Source: Nitrospirales bacterium (lineage in GTDB: Bacteria; Nitrospirota; Nitrospiria; Nitrospirales; UBA8639). From it: a DNA stretch of 64,000 nt. The notes beneath the pieces are model-generated. The model ran no database searches. It saw nothing but the letters and a program-made list of their open reading frames with translations, and had not been told where the DNA came from. How positions within the stretch are numbered: the stretch's first letter is position 1; the number at the start of each line of letters is the position of its first letter. The DNA is taken from assembly GCA_965203295.1 (NCBI GenBank), contig CBDBCZ010000012.1, positions 608,001 to 672,000 on the forward strand. The letters are read 5' to 3'. This document shows, piece by piece, positions 1-13,922 of the stretch. Made by a program: the position numbers and the translations under genes.

Positions 1-429
1 GCCCAGCTGGGGTATCGATGATAGCAACGGATGTCATGTTGGTCGTAGTACAATACACCCATTTATACTGTTCACTGTATTTTATTATAAGGTTCTTCAG
101 GTTGAAAACCACATCTCCCTCTTCGGGCAAAGCCCACAGCCACAGCCTTCTCCTCCATCTCCATTTCCTCCATCTCCATTTCCTCAAGCCCCTTACACTA
201 AATTTGTTCTCATTTGTGTTGGCATTCAGACATCCCTAGATTGAAGGAACAATCATCAATAGTCACGAGATTGCTAGGAGCTACAGGCTACGACAACACA
301 AACACACTTACATGTGGACACGAAACCCGGTCGATGTCCAACTTGGTACAGGCTCTCTTTGCCATTGTGTTGCTCTTAACACCCTAATAATGGTGAATGA
401 GGTTATTACAAAGAACTTAAGGCATCAGG

Positions 430-523
430 GAGACCTCAGAGATTGTCTCTGAGGCCCACTAGGGATGGACACCTGCACTGCATGTATTAATTAGTGGGCC
501 TCAGAGACAATCTCTGAGGTCTC
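430..523. repeat. Perfect 32-bp inverted repeat, each arm itself a hairpin
   Basis: 430-461 GAGACCTCAGAGATTGTCTCTGAGGCCCACTA is the exact reverse complement of 492-523. Confidence 0.9.
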
Positions 524-581
524 AGGTCTACCTGTGGTTTCTTGTAGCAGTTAGTACATTGTTGGGCTCTTCCAGTTAATA

Positions 582-1973
582 CACTCCCAAGTGTAAAGAT
601 ATTTGAGGAAATAAATAAATAAATAAATAATTCACAGCGACACTCGTGGCCTCTACACATGAACCAACATTCTTTTAGTGATATATGGATCATTTCTAGG
701 AAAAAATATGTTGGAAAAGTTCCGCACTCTCTTCGTTGCGGAGATATCGGTGAGAATTCTACCGCCTTTCGAGTGGCGGCCATTTTGACGTTAACTCTCG
801 CAATGAAAATTATGCGAGTAAGACTACGCGAATAATTATAGCGCGTGCGCGTGGTAATTGGCGAGCGAATGGAACTCATGCAGGAACTGCTACTACTGCT
901 TAGCTCTGGCCAATGGATAGTCTCAATCGTGAATTCAATGGTATGTAGTCCTGTGAGTGTAGTTACATGAATAAAACTAACTACTAGGCAAGCCTAGCCC
1001 TGACCGGATGTGCATTAAATAGGGTCAGGACTCTCAGTGACGTTTCAACGGTGCCCCTTGTGGCTAGCTTGGGTGTTGCTGTGCAATAGCTATAGCCTAC
1101 AGTAGTAGTGTCATAGTATTGCTCACCACTACAGAGTAATACATGTTAGTCTACCAGCTATAGATAAAAGCTTTGCATACTTTTTCACAAGTCATGCTAT
1201 CTCTTGCTTGTGGTTTGTGGGGAGGTGGCTGCTGCTTTGCAAAGCAGATAACTGTTGTCTCAGCTGCTGTTGGTCTAGCTTTAGTGCAGCTACGCTGTTT
1301 CCATGAGAGGCATGGTATGCAATTGTATAGATCATAGTCTATCACCCTGTACGTTCTGTTGTTGCACTGGCATCCGTCTCACGAGAAGGCCACCATCATT
1401 CTTGGTCCCATGATGCAATGTGAAATATAAAAAGATAGCAGTGAATATCACTCCTCTTTATATCCAGTGTATTCCTTCTGTTTAAGAGTTTGCCACCACC
1501 AATGTACTGCCCCCTACACTTAAAAAGAATCTCACTCTCGCTGCATGCAGCATACTTCTCTGTCTTAGTGTGCCCATCGAAATATTGGTGCCTTCAAATT
1601 GCTGAGATGGCTGTATACGGATGGTAGAGCAAGAGAATCAGCCTTCCTGCATCCATAGCAGCTATGTCTCATGCACTGGAGAATATACATCCTCAGGCCT
1701 TCCCCTTGCATGCACAAGAACTGTGCAGGGAAACTTGGGAACATGGCTAACATAAAATATGGTAATGGCTATATATAATTATGTAATACGTAGTACGTAG
1801 TTGAAGTTACATAGCCATGCAGAACCTAGAGAAAAGATTTGGGTAGCACAAGTGTAATATGTACGTGGTTTGCATCCCCCTAAGAATGTAGTAATCTACA
1901 CGTGTTTCTCCGCTCACCCGTATCAATGCTCACTCGCATCTCTGTTCATCCGAAGTCTTTACACTTGGGAGTG
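582..1973. mobile_element. Putative non-autonomous TIR element
   Basis: CACTCCCAAGTGTAAAGA (582-599) and its reverse complement (1956-1973); no clear TSD or coding capacity. Confidence 0.45.
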
Positions 1974-1986
1974 CGGTTAGTTGTAT

Positions 1987-2332
1987 ACAAGAAAATAAAA
2001 AAAAATTCAAAAAAATTTCAAAAGATGTAGGGATGGAGTGCCAAAAAGCAAGAAAACAAGGGTAGGGATAGCATGAACGCAACATACACAGCCCCATCCC
2101 TACATCTATTATACTTTTGCCATAATTTTAATAAAATGATTGTTAATAATTGTTAATAATTTATAATATAACATGGAGTACAATAATATAATACTGCATA
2201 AATACTGATGATAAAGAAAATAAAAAAATTTCAAAAAAAATTAAAAAAGATGTAGGGATGGAGTGCCAAAAAGCAAGAAAACAAGGGTAGGGATAGCATG
2301 AACGCAACATACACAGCCCCATCCCTACATCT
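1987..2332 (+). repeat. Two tandem copies of the ~120-bp stem-loop module (module A)
   Basis: 1987-2107 and 2214-2332: A-rich leader + AGATGTAGGGATGG..57 nt..CCATCCCTACATCT. Confidence 0.9.
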
Positions 2333-3509
2333 TTTCATGTCACTGCAACCGTAGCACTGCGATATTATTGATGTCATACCCATTTAACCATTTAACCAGT
2401 GACAACTTGCACCGGCAAACCCTCTTCGCACGGTTTGCTGGTATGTCACAGCTACCTGCATGTACCAGTTGAATCAGTAAATTGTATCATTGTTATGTAC
2501 ATGTATGTTATGTCTGATGTATATATTATATTATATTGATACATAGTTATAAGTGGGCTACTAATGAGGATGTGCACACTGTGTGCATGTTTGCATGTAT
2601 ATTGTGCAGTGTACATGTTTATACAAGCAAACATACACACACACTACTGTTTTTGGAAACATGAAATTACCTTGAAATATGCATTAAAACATACAACAGG
2701 GAGATCATGGTAATTTAATTGACTGTATGGATGAAACATCCAAGAAAACTTGACATTTCATAGCCCATGTAAAGGCAACTATCCATGGAAAACCCTTGAT
2801 GTGGCACTATGCTTATACCATGAGAACTCCATGATTTGAGTGCATATGAAATTCCAATGACTTAGTGGGTAAATACCTATGGAAATGCAATGAACTAAGT
2901 ACATTAACAACCCTATGAAATACCTCAAACTTCATCATGGAAAACCAATGAATATGGACGAACCCCATTTGCCCCATAATTACACTGCCATCATTAAATA
3001 CGCCAAATTATACCAATGAATATATATGTGAAACAACAAATCACCATGAAAATGACACACTTAAACGCCCCTTAAGGGGTGGGGTGGCCCCTACATAGTG
3101 AAAACATAGCAAGCTGTTCATGGTTAAAAGTCAAGTACTTTTGGTTTTCGAGTGCGCTTTCCTTTCAGTATATTGACTGTGAATATGTCCTCGTTTGTCT
3201 GATCGATCTCCTGGTATTCCCAGGATGGCTTGGTTCGAACCTGTGAGCAAATACAGGCGCAGGAGGTCAAAAAATGAAAATAATGTCTACAGCCCACTCA
3301 ACAATAAAAGTCCTTGATATTGATATGACCCTAGCCTGTATAGGTGCTTACATTTCACACTAGCCTCGTTCCAAGGCACTCTTTAACTCATGCACTATCC
3401 TGCCCTAGACCATTGAGTATATTGCCCTCATGCAGTACATCCCTGTAATAAAAAGCCAACTTACGTAATTTACATAATGATCCTATCTATGCACCACACC
3501 ATATTTTAC

Positions 3510-4359
3510 CTTCTTCCCAGAGGTCTCATGATTTTCCATGGCCAGACCAGTCCTCTTTCTGGGGTGCCCACTGGAAGTGCATGGCTCCTAAATAAAGCAT
3601 ACACATAGTATAACAAATTGGCCCTACTATGCACCCTCTTTCCTCTTCCCCATGCCCCTATCATACCTTCTCATGATCAGAGGTCTCTTGTTCTTCCAGG
3701 CCAGTCACTTTTCTGGGGCGACCGTTAGAAGTGCATGGCTCCTAAAGAACACATACAGCAATATTTACCATGGCCAGGAGGTGTATATCACTAATATACC
3801 ACTTGCTGTGGAGGATCGGAGGTGTATGGGAATATACCACGAGGAACGCAGGCCCGAGGGGTATATTTCCATAAACCTCCGAACACCAGCAGGTGGTATA
3901 ACACTGCTATACACACTGATTGGACATTATATGGTATAATAATATAGTGTTGAGGTGTACGTATACTCTTCTACCGTTTCCATAGCAACATGGTATATAT
4001 AGAATCTGATAAACTACTACCAAGCAGTCTCGCAACTCAATACAAAATGGTTCGCACCCTCTCTCCCCTTCCCCATGCCCCACATCATACCTTCTCAGAG
4101 GTCTCTGGTTCTTCCACGGCCAGGCCATTCACCTTTCTGGGGCGACCATTAGCAGTACACGGCTCCTAAAGAACACATACTTTGCATATTAAAACATGCA
4201 GCAATAGTTAATACCATGCTGTCCCCAAACTCAATAGAAATGGTCCCTGCTATGCACCCTCTCTCCCCTTCCCCATGCCCCACATTGTACCTTCTCAGAA
4301 GTCTCAGGTTCTCCCTGGCTAGTCACTTTTCTGGGGCAACCAATAGGAGTGCATGGCTC
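3510..4359 (-). repeat. Four tandemly duplicated phase-0 exons encoding AT-hook-like G(R/C/H)PRK motifs
   Basis: 4291-4359 EPCTPIGCPRKVTSQGEPETSEK; 4091-4165 EPCTANGRPRKVNGLAVEEPETSEK; 3667-3741 EPCTSNGRPRKVTGLEEQETSDHEK; 3510-3587 EPCTSSGHPRKRTGLAMENHETSGKK. Each is flanked by AG and GT and has a length divisible by 3. Confidence 0.75.
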
Positions 4360-7037
4360 CTAAAGAACACATACCATGTACACTATAACAGCAATATGGG
4401 TTATACTGTGCAGTCCCCTAAATCAGTGTATAAAGGATTAAGTACTGCTAAAGAAAATCCTCATGAACAAGAAATATGAGGTACTGCACCTTCTTTCCAT
4501 CCTTTGTGGCATAAGAGGCAGTGGCATTCCGTTTCTATTTGAGACAATCATTAATAAGACAGCATGCAACACAAAGCAGCTGCGAACATGCTTAGAATAC
4601 ACCGAATGAGAGATTATAAATATGGCCAGGAAACTGCAGCACACTACAACTGACTGTCATTCCCAACCAGAATTAACAGGGAAGGGGGTGAAATTATAGT
4701 CTCTACACCATAACCTACTTACATTATGCATTTTGTAGCTACATGCATGTACACACTCTACACTGAAAACATGTATACCTTTCCTACTTTTTTTCCACGT
4801 GCGCATCTCTCGGCAGAACTCTGCAAGACAGTACAAAGCACTATAAGAGATGCAAGTTGAAGTACTTGGGAATTAAGTACACACCTGTGGTTTGGTGACT
4901 CCCAATTTCTGTTCACCTAGTCTGATTCGTTTAGGTGGTGGCTAAAAAACACAATATTCTTCACTAAATCATATTCAAAACAATGATGATAAAGAAACTC
5001 ACAATATCTTTCATTAGGTCTTGCCACATCTTTTTGTTTGCTTTAATTCTTTCAAGCCGGGCTAGTTCATATGGGCTCAAGCTGCTGTCTTCTGCAACCT
5101 CACTAAATAAAACATCAACCGAACTAATAAAGTTAACACAATGCATTGCATGCACTAGTTTACAAAAAAAATGGTACCTGCTATCACTGTCTGGTGTTAC
5201 TTCCACTGCAGGCTTTTCCTAATAAGGCAGGATCAAATAGCCGCCATTACTTTATTTACATCCAAGGTTCTCTTTGAAACAAACCTTGCTGACTGAAGAA
5301 GAGGTAGGCTCTACGCCACTTAACTTCCACAGGATGATGTCCTTTTCCTAAATTTTTTGATCAGTTATTTATAATGTGTTAACACTGCACCTGCACTGCA
5401 CTCACCTTTAACTGATTAAAAAGCATCTTTCCATCACAGGGTTCCTGCAGGTCAACTTCTTGGTCCTCGGGACATAAGTTTTTCAGCAGCAATATTTTGC
5501 CATACATGGAATTCTCTACAAGATGAAAGGGGATACTGTATGGTATATTATTCCAGCAACTTTCCTCATTTTAATCATATCACCAGTAGAGAGGAAGACT
5601 CCTTTTCCAATCTTGTGCCCATCCTTGAGGATATGGACCTCCAACCTATAAAATTAAGACTAACATTCAATGGTCGTATACATCTTGTTTAAATGATAAG
5701 TCTGGAGAATTGATTACCCGGGTGAAAGTATGCCTGAATCTGAAGTCTTGGGTTTTTCATCCTTAGCTTTTGGACTCTTCAAAAACAAGTGTTTCTTGGC
5801 TACAGCTGACCTGTTCCTCTGACCCCTACACATATAATGTGAAGCAGGTGAAAGCATACTGCATAGAAACAACTTACATTGCTGTATTTGCCCTTGGCTT
5901 TTTCAGCTCACAGACTTCAATCCAATTACCATCCTTTTATCTGCTTTCAACTGTTAATACATCACCCACAACCCAGCCCAGCCCATGTAGTGCTGCTAGG
6001 TGGTTAGCAAAAGCAACTGTTAACACCACAAGCTTAAGGGCAGGCACATGCATCCCAGACAGTCAATCATACCAAAAAAATAAAATAAAAAAAGGGGATA
6101 AACAGCTTTCACTTGATCTATTACATGTATACCATGATTCTAGAATGGATTCACTTTGCATTGGTTAGCAAGGCTATTCCAATACAATTGTTAGTTTCTG
6201 GAGTGTCATTACATGATCATGCATGAACTAAATGCAGATACCTAAAGCATACAAATCTGAGACAGTTGGCCCCCCATACAAGTTATCATAATTTAGGCGT
6301 ATCATACAATGTGAGCACTGGTTAAAATCCCAGCTTTTGTACTTACCGCTTCACTGGACTCTTCAACTCTAAGCTGCGTAAGTGGGCTCTCCGGTTCATT
6401 AGAGTGTCAGAGAGCCTCTTTCGCACTTCTTTCTTTGCAGAGCGAAGCAGCGGGCAACTTGCAAATACCTAAAACAGAAAGATTGGTTAACCTAGCCCCA
6501 ATATACAGGCCTGAGCTGGCTTACAGCTTCGTAAAATGCTCTCATCTTTTCCGGGGATACCTCCTCCATGTAGGGAGCTTTATTCCAAAGTCCTGCAGCT
6601 TTGGCTGCTTCTCGGACAGTGTACTATATGAAAATTTATTCAAAAGAGCAACAAGAACACAACACCCCAAAAGCAGTCTCTAAAAATTCTCCCACTCTTA
6701 TAATTTAGAGTCTTACATGAAGAAAATTCTGGGCTTCAGTTGACTTGCTGTTCTTCTTTTTCCGACGAAGGAGTTCTATTAGATTGTAGCCTATTCCTTC
6801 AAAAGATGAATTCGCAGGGCTGTCCGTGTTGGAACTGTCATAGCTGCTGCTGCTGCTGGGGGTACGGCTGAGTGACGACGGGCTGAACCCCGACGATTCC
6901 AGCGACAGTGGAGACGCCGCCGCATTGGGGTACGAAATCGCGCTCTTCTCAGCGGTCCCGGCAGGCTTGGTTACTTGCTGAAGCAATGGCAGCAGAATGG
7001 CTACCTGCTCGTTTGTCAGAGACAGATTGACTGCCAT
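3510..7037 (-). CDS. CACTA accessory (TnpA-like) multi-exon gene, divergent from the transposase
   Basis: Exon 1 7037-6717 (MAVNLSL..NFLH), exon 2 ~6623-6525 (YTVREAAKAAGLW..), exon 3 ~6468-6347 (VRKRLSDTLMNRR). Further exon-like pieces lie at ~5826-5718, ~5645-5400 (LEVHILKDGHKIGKG) and ~5100-5003 (LSPYELARLERIKANKKMW), then four repeated exons at 4359-3510. The middle of the model is uncertain and may be disrupted. Confidence 0.6.
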
Positions 7038-7212
7038 CTAATGATCTAGAATAGTAGCTGTCTGCAAAGCGTGTTTAATACCGCCAAATTATACTTCGCA
7101 TGCGCGCAACAGGTTGCGACTTGCTTCGATTTCACGTGATTCCCATGCGCACAGGCCACACCCACAGGAAACGTGTTGCAGAAGATTTTAAAGGTAATTA
7201 TAAACCATTAAG
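7038..7212. promoter_or_regulatory. Putative bidirectional promoter between the two CACTA genes
   Basis: 175 bp between head-to-head ATGs; contains GCATGCGCGCA and a CACGTG E-box. Confidence 0.45.
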
Positions 7213-10200
7213 ATGTCGGACCGTTTGGTACCCTGCCCTTGCCCCTTCTGCTGCGGAAAGAAAGTAAGTAGGTTCGTCCGGCGGCAACATGCGGCCAGGT
7301 TTTCGCTGGTTCAAGCCGACAGCAGTGTGCCGACACCGCGGCCGAGCTCTAGTACGGATACAGACCGGGACTACTCCTTACAACAAGTCGACAATAATCC
7401 AGAGGATCCAATGGATAGCACTGGTGAGGATTGCTTGCAAGAATTAGCCGGCAACCCAGGGGATCAGATCGGTAGCGCTAGCACAGATGATTCGTATGGT
7501 GAGGATATCGATTCGGGCACTGAAAGGGAGGACGCGGGCACTGACGAAGACTCGCGATCGGACACTGAAGAGCACTCGGGCACTGAAAGGGAGGACACCG
7601 TGTCTGACAGCTCCAGTTCTGAAGTCGTGTTTACAGCGCCTGTAGAACAAAGTCAGAACTGGCATTTTGATCCTTCCCTATATGACGAAAGTGACTTGGC
7701 AAGGAAGCCATTGTACGAAGGTTCAAGTGTGACTGTTCTACAAGCTATCTGTGAACACATGAGCTGGTTTACATCTCATCCAGGTATAAGCAAGGAAGCA
7801 CTGTCTGATATTTTACACATGCAACATCACGTCATCCTACCCAAAGATAATTTGCTTCCTGACTCCTATGAGTCAGCCCTCAAGACTATTGAACCTTTCC
7901 TTTTACAACCAGTTGTGTTTCATGCTTGTCAGAACGATTGTATCCTTTTTACCAAGGACTATGCTACACTCAAGGAATGCCCAAAATGCAATGCTCCACG
8001 TTACAAACATGGAACCCTCCCATTCAGGAAATTTGTTTATCTGCCTCTTGGTCCCAGAATTGAGAGAATCTTTGGAACCAAGAATTTATCACAGCTTGTA
8101 CAGTCCCACAGTGGTGCTGACATGCCTGCTAGCGATGTGATGTACGATGTCCAGGACTCTCCAACTTGGAGGAGTGCATATAGTCAACAGGGAATTTTTA
8201 AAGGTGATAAACGAGGGATTAGTCTTGGACTATGTACAGACGGCGTATCACCATTTAGTCATCGCAAAGTCACCTATTCAATGTGGCCACTGATGCTTAC
8301 AAATCTCAATCTCCCACGAAAAGTGAGATGTTTGTTTCAAAATATTATACTCTTGGGAATTATTCCTGCCAATGGTACAAAAGAGCCACACAACATCAGC
8401 CCATACCTAGAGTTAGTTGTGGACGAGCTGCTGTACCTATCCAGTCGAAAACTCTATGACTCTTATCAGCAAGCACCTTTTACAGTGAAGGTTAATATTC
8501 TAATTTATATTTTGGACTATCCTGGAATTGGGAAGGTCATGAGTGTCACAGGATCGGGATCTTACAGTGGCTGTGTGTGGTGCGACATAAGTGGTAAGCT
8601 ATAATTATACCCAATATGTGTATGCAATGCAGTGTACTATCTTTTTTCCATTCTCTGGAAGTGTATATATCAAAGTAAGGCAGGGAAGAAGCCATTGTGT
8701 AAGTGAATTCTTTTTTCTCACCCGGTACATGCAGGCATTTATAATAAGCAAATGCACAAGATGATTTACTTAGAGAATCGGAGATATCTCCCTGCTACAT
8801 CATCTTTGCGGCAAGATGCAGTGAACTACCCCTCCAAAGCTATTGAGAAGAGACCACCACCCAAATTGAAGAGTTATGAAGAAATGAAAGCATTCCATTG
8901 CTCATATGAGAATGCTAAGAACACGTATGTTACCCTTCCTGTACTGCAATCATATGCATGTGCATAATTATAGTGTGTGCTGGTATAGTATGCATGGTCG
9001 CTTTGTTACATTACAGCACTCAAGCAAATACTATAGCAAGTGCTACTGGCTGCAAGAATTCGTACTCTCTCATGAAGCTTCCAGCACATGATCGAGTGAA
9101 GCAGACTGTAGCAGATGCTATGCACACTGTAAAGGACAGTGTAGAACACGTGTTCAATTTAATAATTGGGAAAGAATATTCAGAAAATGTAAGGCTGGCA
9201 GAAGTAGAACTGAAGAGAGGACTTGAAGCTTCTACTCCTATCCTGGGAAAGAGAAGCAGAAAACGTCCATGTGGAAGTACTCTTTACTGTCTAAGCTCTG
9301 AGCAGCTGGTGTGTGCAGATGAACGAGCCAAGAACATTGTCACTCCAACCCACGTTGACTTCATTCCAGGATCTGTCTTCACTAGATCCTCTCATTTCAA
9401 GTCACATGACTGGAAACAGGTACACCCATATGTACTGTGTACATCCATCTGCTACATATAAGTCATGTACAAAAACCACTGTAACATGCATGCACATCTA
9501 CACCCTTTAGCTCGTCTCCCAGCAGATTTTGAAATACTGCTTGCGTGGCTTTTTAGGAGACAAGCAAAGGCACTCCCTCTTTGCTTTCTTAGATGCAACT
9601 ACTAGATTACTTCAGCCGTGTCACCATCAAGCTGATGTAGTGGCACTACAAGAGGAGATGAATTTAGCTTTGGCTCTTTTGGAAAGGGATTTTCCTGCCA
9701 GTATTCAGGTAATTTTGCCTCCTGCTACTACCTGTACTAGTGCATGTTATGATATAAGGTACGTATACTTTTACGTATTGCTATTATTCCATCAGGTTAT
9801 CACAATGCACCTCATGCACCATATTGCAGAGGGTATAGAAAAGTTTGGACCCGTATATGGAACTTGGATGTATCCATTTGAAAGATGTAACTCTTGGATG
9901 TGCCAAAGGGCACTTAATAGAGCCCATCCAGAGATCACTATCATGGAGACTTACAGAGTGAGTTGCCCATTAAGGTGCCTATTAAGTTTGTGTCTTCTGA
10001 ATATCATGGAGACTTACAGAGTAAGTTGCCCATTAAGGTGCCATTAAGTTTGTGTCTTTTGAATATTGTTACTATATAATTATGTAACAGCACTAAAAAA
10101 CAGGTGTCCAAAGCAGATGTCTAATCAAAAAGCTGCAGCACTCAGCCTGTGTTGTTTGTTAGCCTCGTTCCCAGGCCCAGTGATTTTTTCGGTTACACAA

Positions 10201-11928
10201 AGGAAAGTCACCTGTGACAACTTTCGTGTCACCGAAAAAGTCGTGGGCCTGGGAATGAGACTATTTTTTGCAAGAAGCTAGGTTAATTGTGTGGTAAAAC
10301 AACACAGCAAGCATTCTCGATTTAACACACCAACTGCTATTAACACTGTGTGCTATAGCCTCGTTCCCAGGCTCCACTCCCCAGCTTTTTATCGCACCGC
10401 CTCCCCGCTTTTATACACGGTGCGATAAAAAGCTGGGGAGTGGAGCCTGGGAACGAGGCTAGTGTGCTATACATCCCCACACAAAACACATACATGTATA
10501 CTACACTATGTACATGTAGCTTACCTGTATTGAACATCTGTTACCACAAGATTGCTTGTACAGCTTCTATTGCAGTGGTACATTGCCATATTTGGCAATC
10601 CTACTGCTAGGCTACATGTACCTAAAGCATAATGTGGAGTTGTGAAATTTTGACTAGTACTTCCTGTACCCTATAGTAAGGGATGTTATATTTGGGAAGG
10701 ACATAGAGCTGTTTATGAGTGGGCGTCCACTTTTTAGTGTATGAGGTAACCAAATCATACTTCATAAACTGTTAGTTTGTAGACCATGATGTATATACCT
10801 ATACTCTTAGTATATGTTACTATAGTAACAGCACGTATTCTAAAGTATAGCAGAATTCCATAAAGCATAGGATGTGCAGGTTACCACTATGTACGTACTA
10901 AATGGCTCAGAGCATGTGCACCTAATACTATAGTTAAAGCATCACATAAATTCACCGAACTTCCAAAATCATTGCTGGAGTGTAGTACCTGCGCATAAGC
11001 TGCACTTGCTAGTTGTGCACTTTCGTGGATTCTGTTTACAGTTAATTGCAAATAGTTCTCAATTACCTATGTCCTGTTTTATATTTTGTACTTCCTGAAA
11101 ATAGAGAACAGTGTGCACATTATGGAAAATAAAGTATGCTGGCTTCATACACTAAATGTTCTAATTAGACCTCGGCTCCATTTAGAACATGCATAGCTGC
11201 ATCTCTCCTCCACATGCTTACGCATTGTTCTCCTAAATGCTGTACAGGTTTATGAGTGGTGCCAATACATGGCGTTATCAGGACGTATGCCTGAGTCTAA
11301 GAATTCAATAAATGGTCAATCGTCTGTGTACCTGAACACAGGTGCTGTTTCTTCTGATTTTTTGACAATTATGGAGCAGCACTACATGCACCTACTTCCT
11401 AATTACAATTGCTGCATCATGGAGTACGAAAGAGCGAAGCGTAGAGCTGGAGCTATGCGAAAGAAATCTGTTTTTCCGGAAAGGGCTCAGTGGAGACCAT
11501 CAGGACGGGATCTCTCTGCTGTTGAAAAGACACTTATTAATGGTCCCCAAAACTCTGTAATGTATCAAAGGAGAGTAACTGTCATCGATGATTGCACGGG
11601 AAGATCTGTGGACTACACTGCAGCAGAATGTGAAAGATCTACCAAATGCTGCTCTTCTTATGTGGCTGTTAAGGATACGGATACTTCTCCCAGATTTGGC
11701 CGAATCGCCAAGTTATTCGAACATTCTTTTGCAGGTGTAAGAACCCAGTGGGCCATCATGGATGAATACCTGCATCCAGTTCAGGACAGTGATTCCAGCT
11801 TGTGGAGAGTAACAGTGTCTTCCCAGCTACCCAAACGATGTGTCTATCTGTTGGAGAGACTTTCTTTTCCCTTGGTCATTGCCAAAGACCCTGCAACCGG
11901 GGAACTATGGTTTCTAACACAGCACTAA
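7213..11928 (+). CDS. CACTA transposase (TnpD / Transposase_21-like), 6 exons, ~1004 aa
   Basis: Exons 7213-8593, 8735-8924, 9017-9419, 9511-9708, 9796-9957, 11248-11928, all GT-AG and phase-compatible (3015 nt, no internal stop). Motifs: CPCPFC, HACQNDCILF..CPKCNAPRY, LGLCTDGVSPF, SMWPLMLTNLNLP, LDYPG, DAMH, KSHDW, HLMHH..GPVYGTWMYPFER. Confidence 0.9.
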
Positions 11929-13128
11929 GTACGGTTTCAGGTAAGATTAATATCATACATGTACTTGGCAGTGTATATATATCACTTTCTCACCCCTATC
12001 CTACTCTGATATAACCGCCAGGTATAGTGGGGTAGAAGCCACTGAGGTGCCCACGCAGGACGCCCATCCTCCTGAGTGCCATGCCCACCTGTAGCTTGCA
12101 GTAGCCCTGCCACCAGTAGCTGGGAGAGCTTCACCCGGTCAGCCCCACTCACAGGGAGAGCAGAAGGTGGGGAGGGGAGGGGAGGGGAGGGGAGGGGAAG
12201 GGAGGGGAGGGGGGGGGGGGCTTACCTCATACCATTTCCCTAATCCTTGATGTCAGTCATGTCCTTTCCTTCCCCCTATGGACAGGAGGAGCAAGGAGGA
12301 GAGAAGCAGCCAGTGTGTTGCTCCAGTAGCCTCCCACTGCCTCCATCGGAGCTGAGCTACCAGCTGAACAGCCCAAGGGAAAGACAGATCAGTTCAAGGG
12401 TTTCTTGAGGGCAGTGAGCGAGGACAGGAGGAAGCTGACCGTGATGGTGGGTGGTGTTGGGAGGGAGGGAGGATGGGAGGGTGTAGCAGCATGCAGTAGC
12501 ACTTACTTGATATTGCCTGTTTCACAGCCTATCCAGCAGTCTGTACCACAGCCCATTCCAGAGTCCCACCCTGCCCCGGACTGGACCAGCTCAACCCAAG
12601 CACGGCAGGTAGCCGAGCTGTCTGGTGAGCAGGTTGCAGACCCCAAGAACAGCCTCAGTGAGGTTGCGCGAGAGGAGGATTGCAGATGCTGTTGAGAGCA
12701 TGCAGGAGAGAAGAAAGATATTTCACGAGCCAGTGGGACAGGTGGGTCACATGACTGTCATGTGTTCGTCACATTCTTTACTGACTTAGCCTGTTTATTA
12801 AAACTAAATCTAACTATGTGAAGCCATACTAAAACCACTAGAACACACACATACCCACACACGTACACCCACACATACCCACACACCTTAACCCACAGAA
12901 AAGTAATGCAAGAGGCTGAAGTTTCGCAAGGAGCACAACGAACACAAAGCCCTTCTAAAGTTGACCCACTGCGCATGCAAGGCCCAGGGAGAGCCACACC
13001 CACCCCCCAATGCCACACACGTGAGGGCACAGGCTCACACTAGCCTCATTCCCAGGCCTTCACCCCAGCTTTCGTCCCTTACACAGTGCGAACCGAAAAG
13101 TGTGGAGTGTAGCCTGGGAACGAGGCTA
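10160..13128. mobile_element. Three short TAGCCTCGTTCCCAGGC..GCCTGGGAACGAGGCTA hairpin MITEs (~10160-10263, ~10356-10461, ~13041-13128)
   Basis: Terminal inverted repeats are directly visible; half copies lie near 3361, 41620 and 63712. Confidence 0.75.
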
Positions 13129-13922
13129 GGTTCACACTAACACCACCTAATGTAAACAGAACAGAGAGATTGTTCTTCCCTCCCTCCCTCACACAGTTCT
13201 CCCCTCCTACCCACACCACTGAGGCGCCCACGCAGGACGTCCATCCTCCTCAGTGCCACACCCACCTGTAGCTGACCCACTGCAACTCTTGCAGTAGCCC
13301 TGCCACCAGTAGCTGGGAGAGCTTCACCCAGCCAGCCCCACTCACAGGGAGGGCAGAAGGTGGGGAGGGGAGGGGAGGGAGGGGAGGGGAAGGGAGGGGA
13401 GGGGCCTTACCTCATACCATTCCCCTAATCCTTGATGTCAGTCATGTCCTTTCCTTCCCCCTATGGACAGGAGGAGCAAGGAGGAGAGAGAAGCAGCCAG
13501 TGTGTTGCTCCAGTAGCCTCCCACTGCCTCCATCGGAGCTGAGCTACCAGCTGAACAGCCCAAGGGAAAGACAGATCAGTTCAAGGGTTTCTTGAGGGCA
13601 GTGAGTGAGGAAAGGAGGAAGCTGACCGTGATGGTGGGTGGTGTTGGGAGGGAGGGAGGATGGGAGGGTGTAGCAGCATGCAGTAGCACTTACTTGATAT
13701 TGCCTGTTTCACAGCCCATCCAGCAGTCTGTACCACAGCCCATTCCAGAGTCCCACCCTGCCCCGGACTGGACCAGCTCAACCCAAGCACGGCAGGTAGC
13801 CGAGCTGTCTGGTGAGCAGGTTGCAGACCCCAAGAACAGCCTCAGTGAGGTTGCGCGAGAGGAGGATTGCAGATGCTGTTGAGAGCATGCAGGAGAGAAG
13901 AAAGATATTTCACGAGCCAGTG
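12040..13922 (+). repeat. ~700-bp direct duplication inside the CACTA 3' region (~12040-12735 and ~13217-13922)
   Basis: Near-identical copies including a (GGGGA)n tract; the two 96-aa ORF-track entries differ by one residue. Confidence 0.9.

Noticed and set aside
1987..2332. Repeat-spacer-repeat layout suggestive of a CRISPR array
   Set aside because: The repeats are ~120 bp, only two are in tandem, the context is eukaryotic and no cas genes are present.
12405..13882. Duplicated 96-aa ORFs
   Set aside because: Non-ATG starts, no recognisable domain, and they span apparent intron-like sequence; reported only as a duplication.
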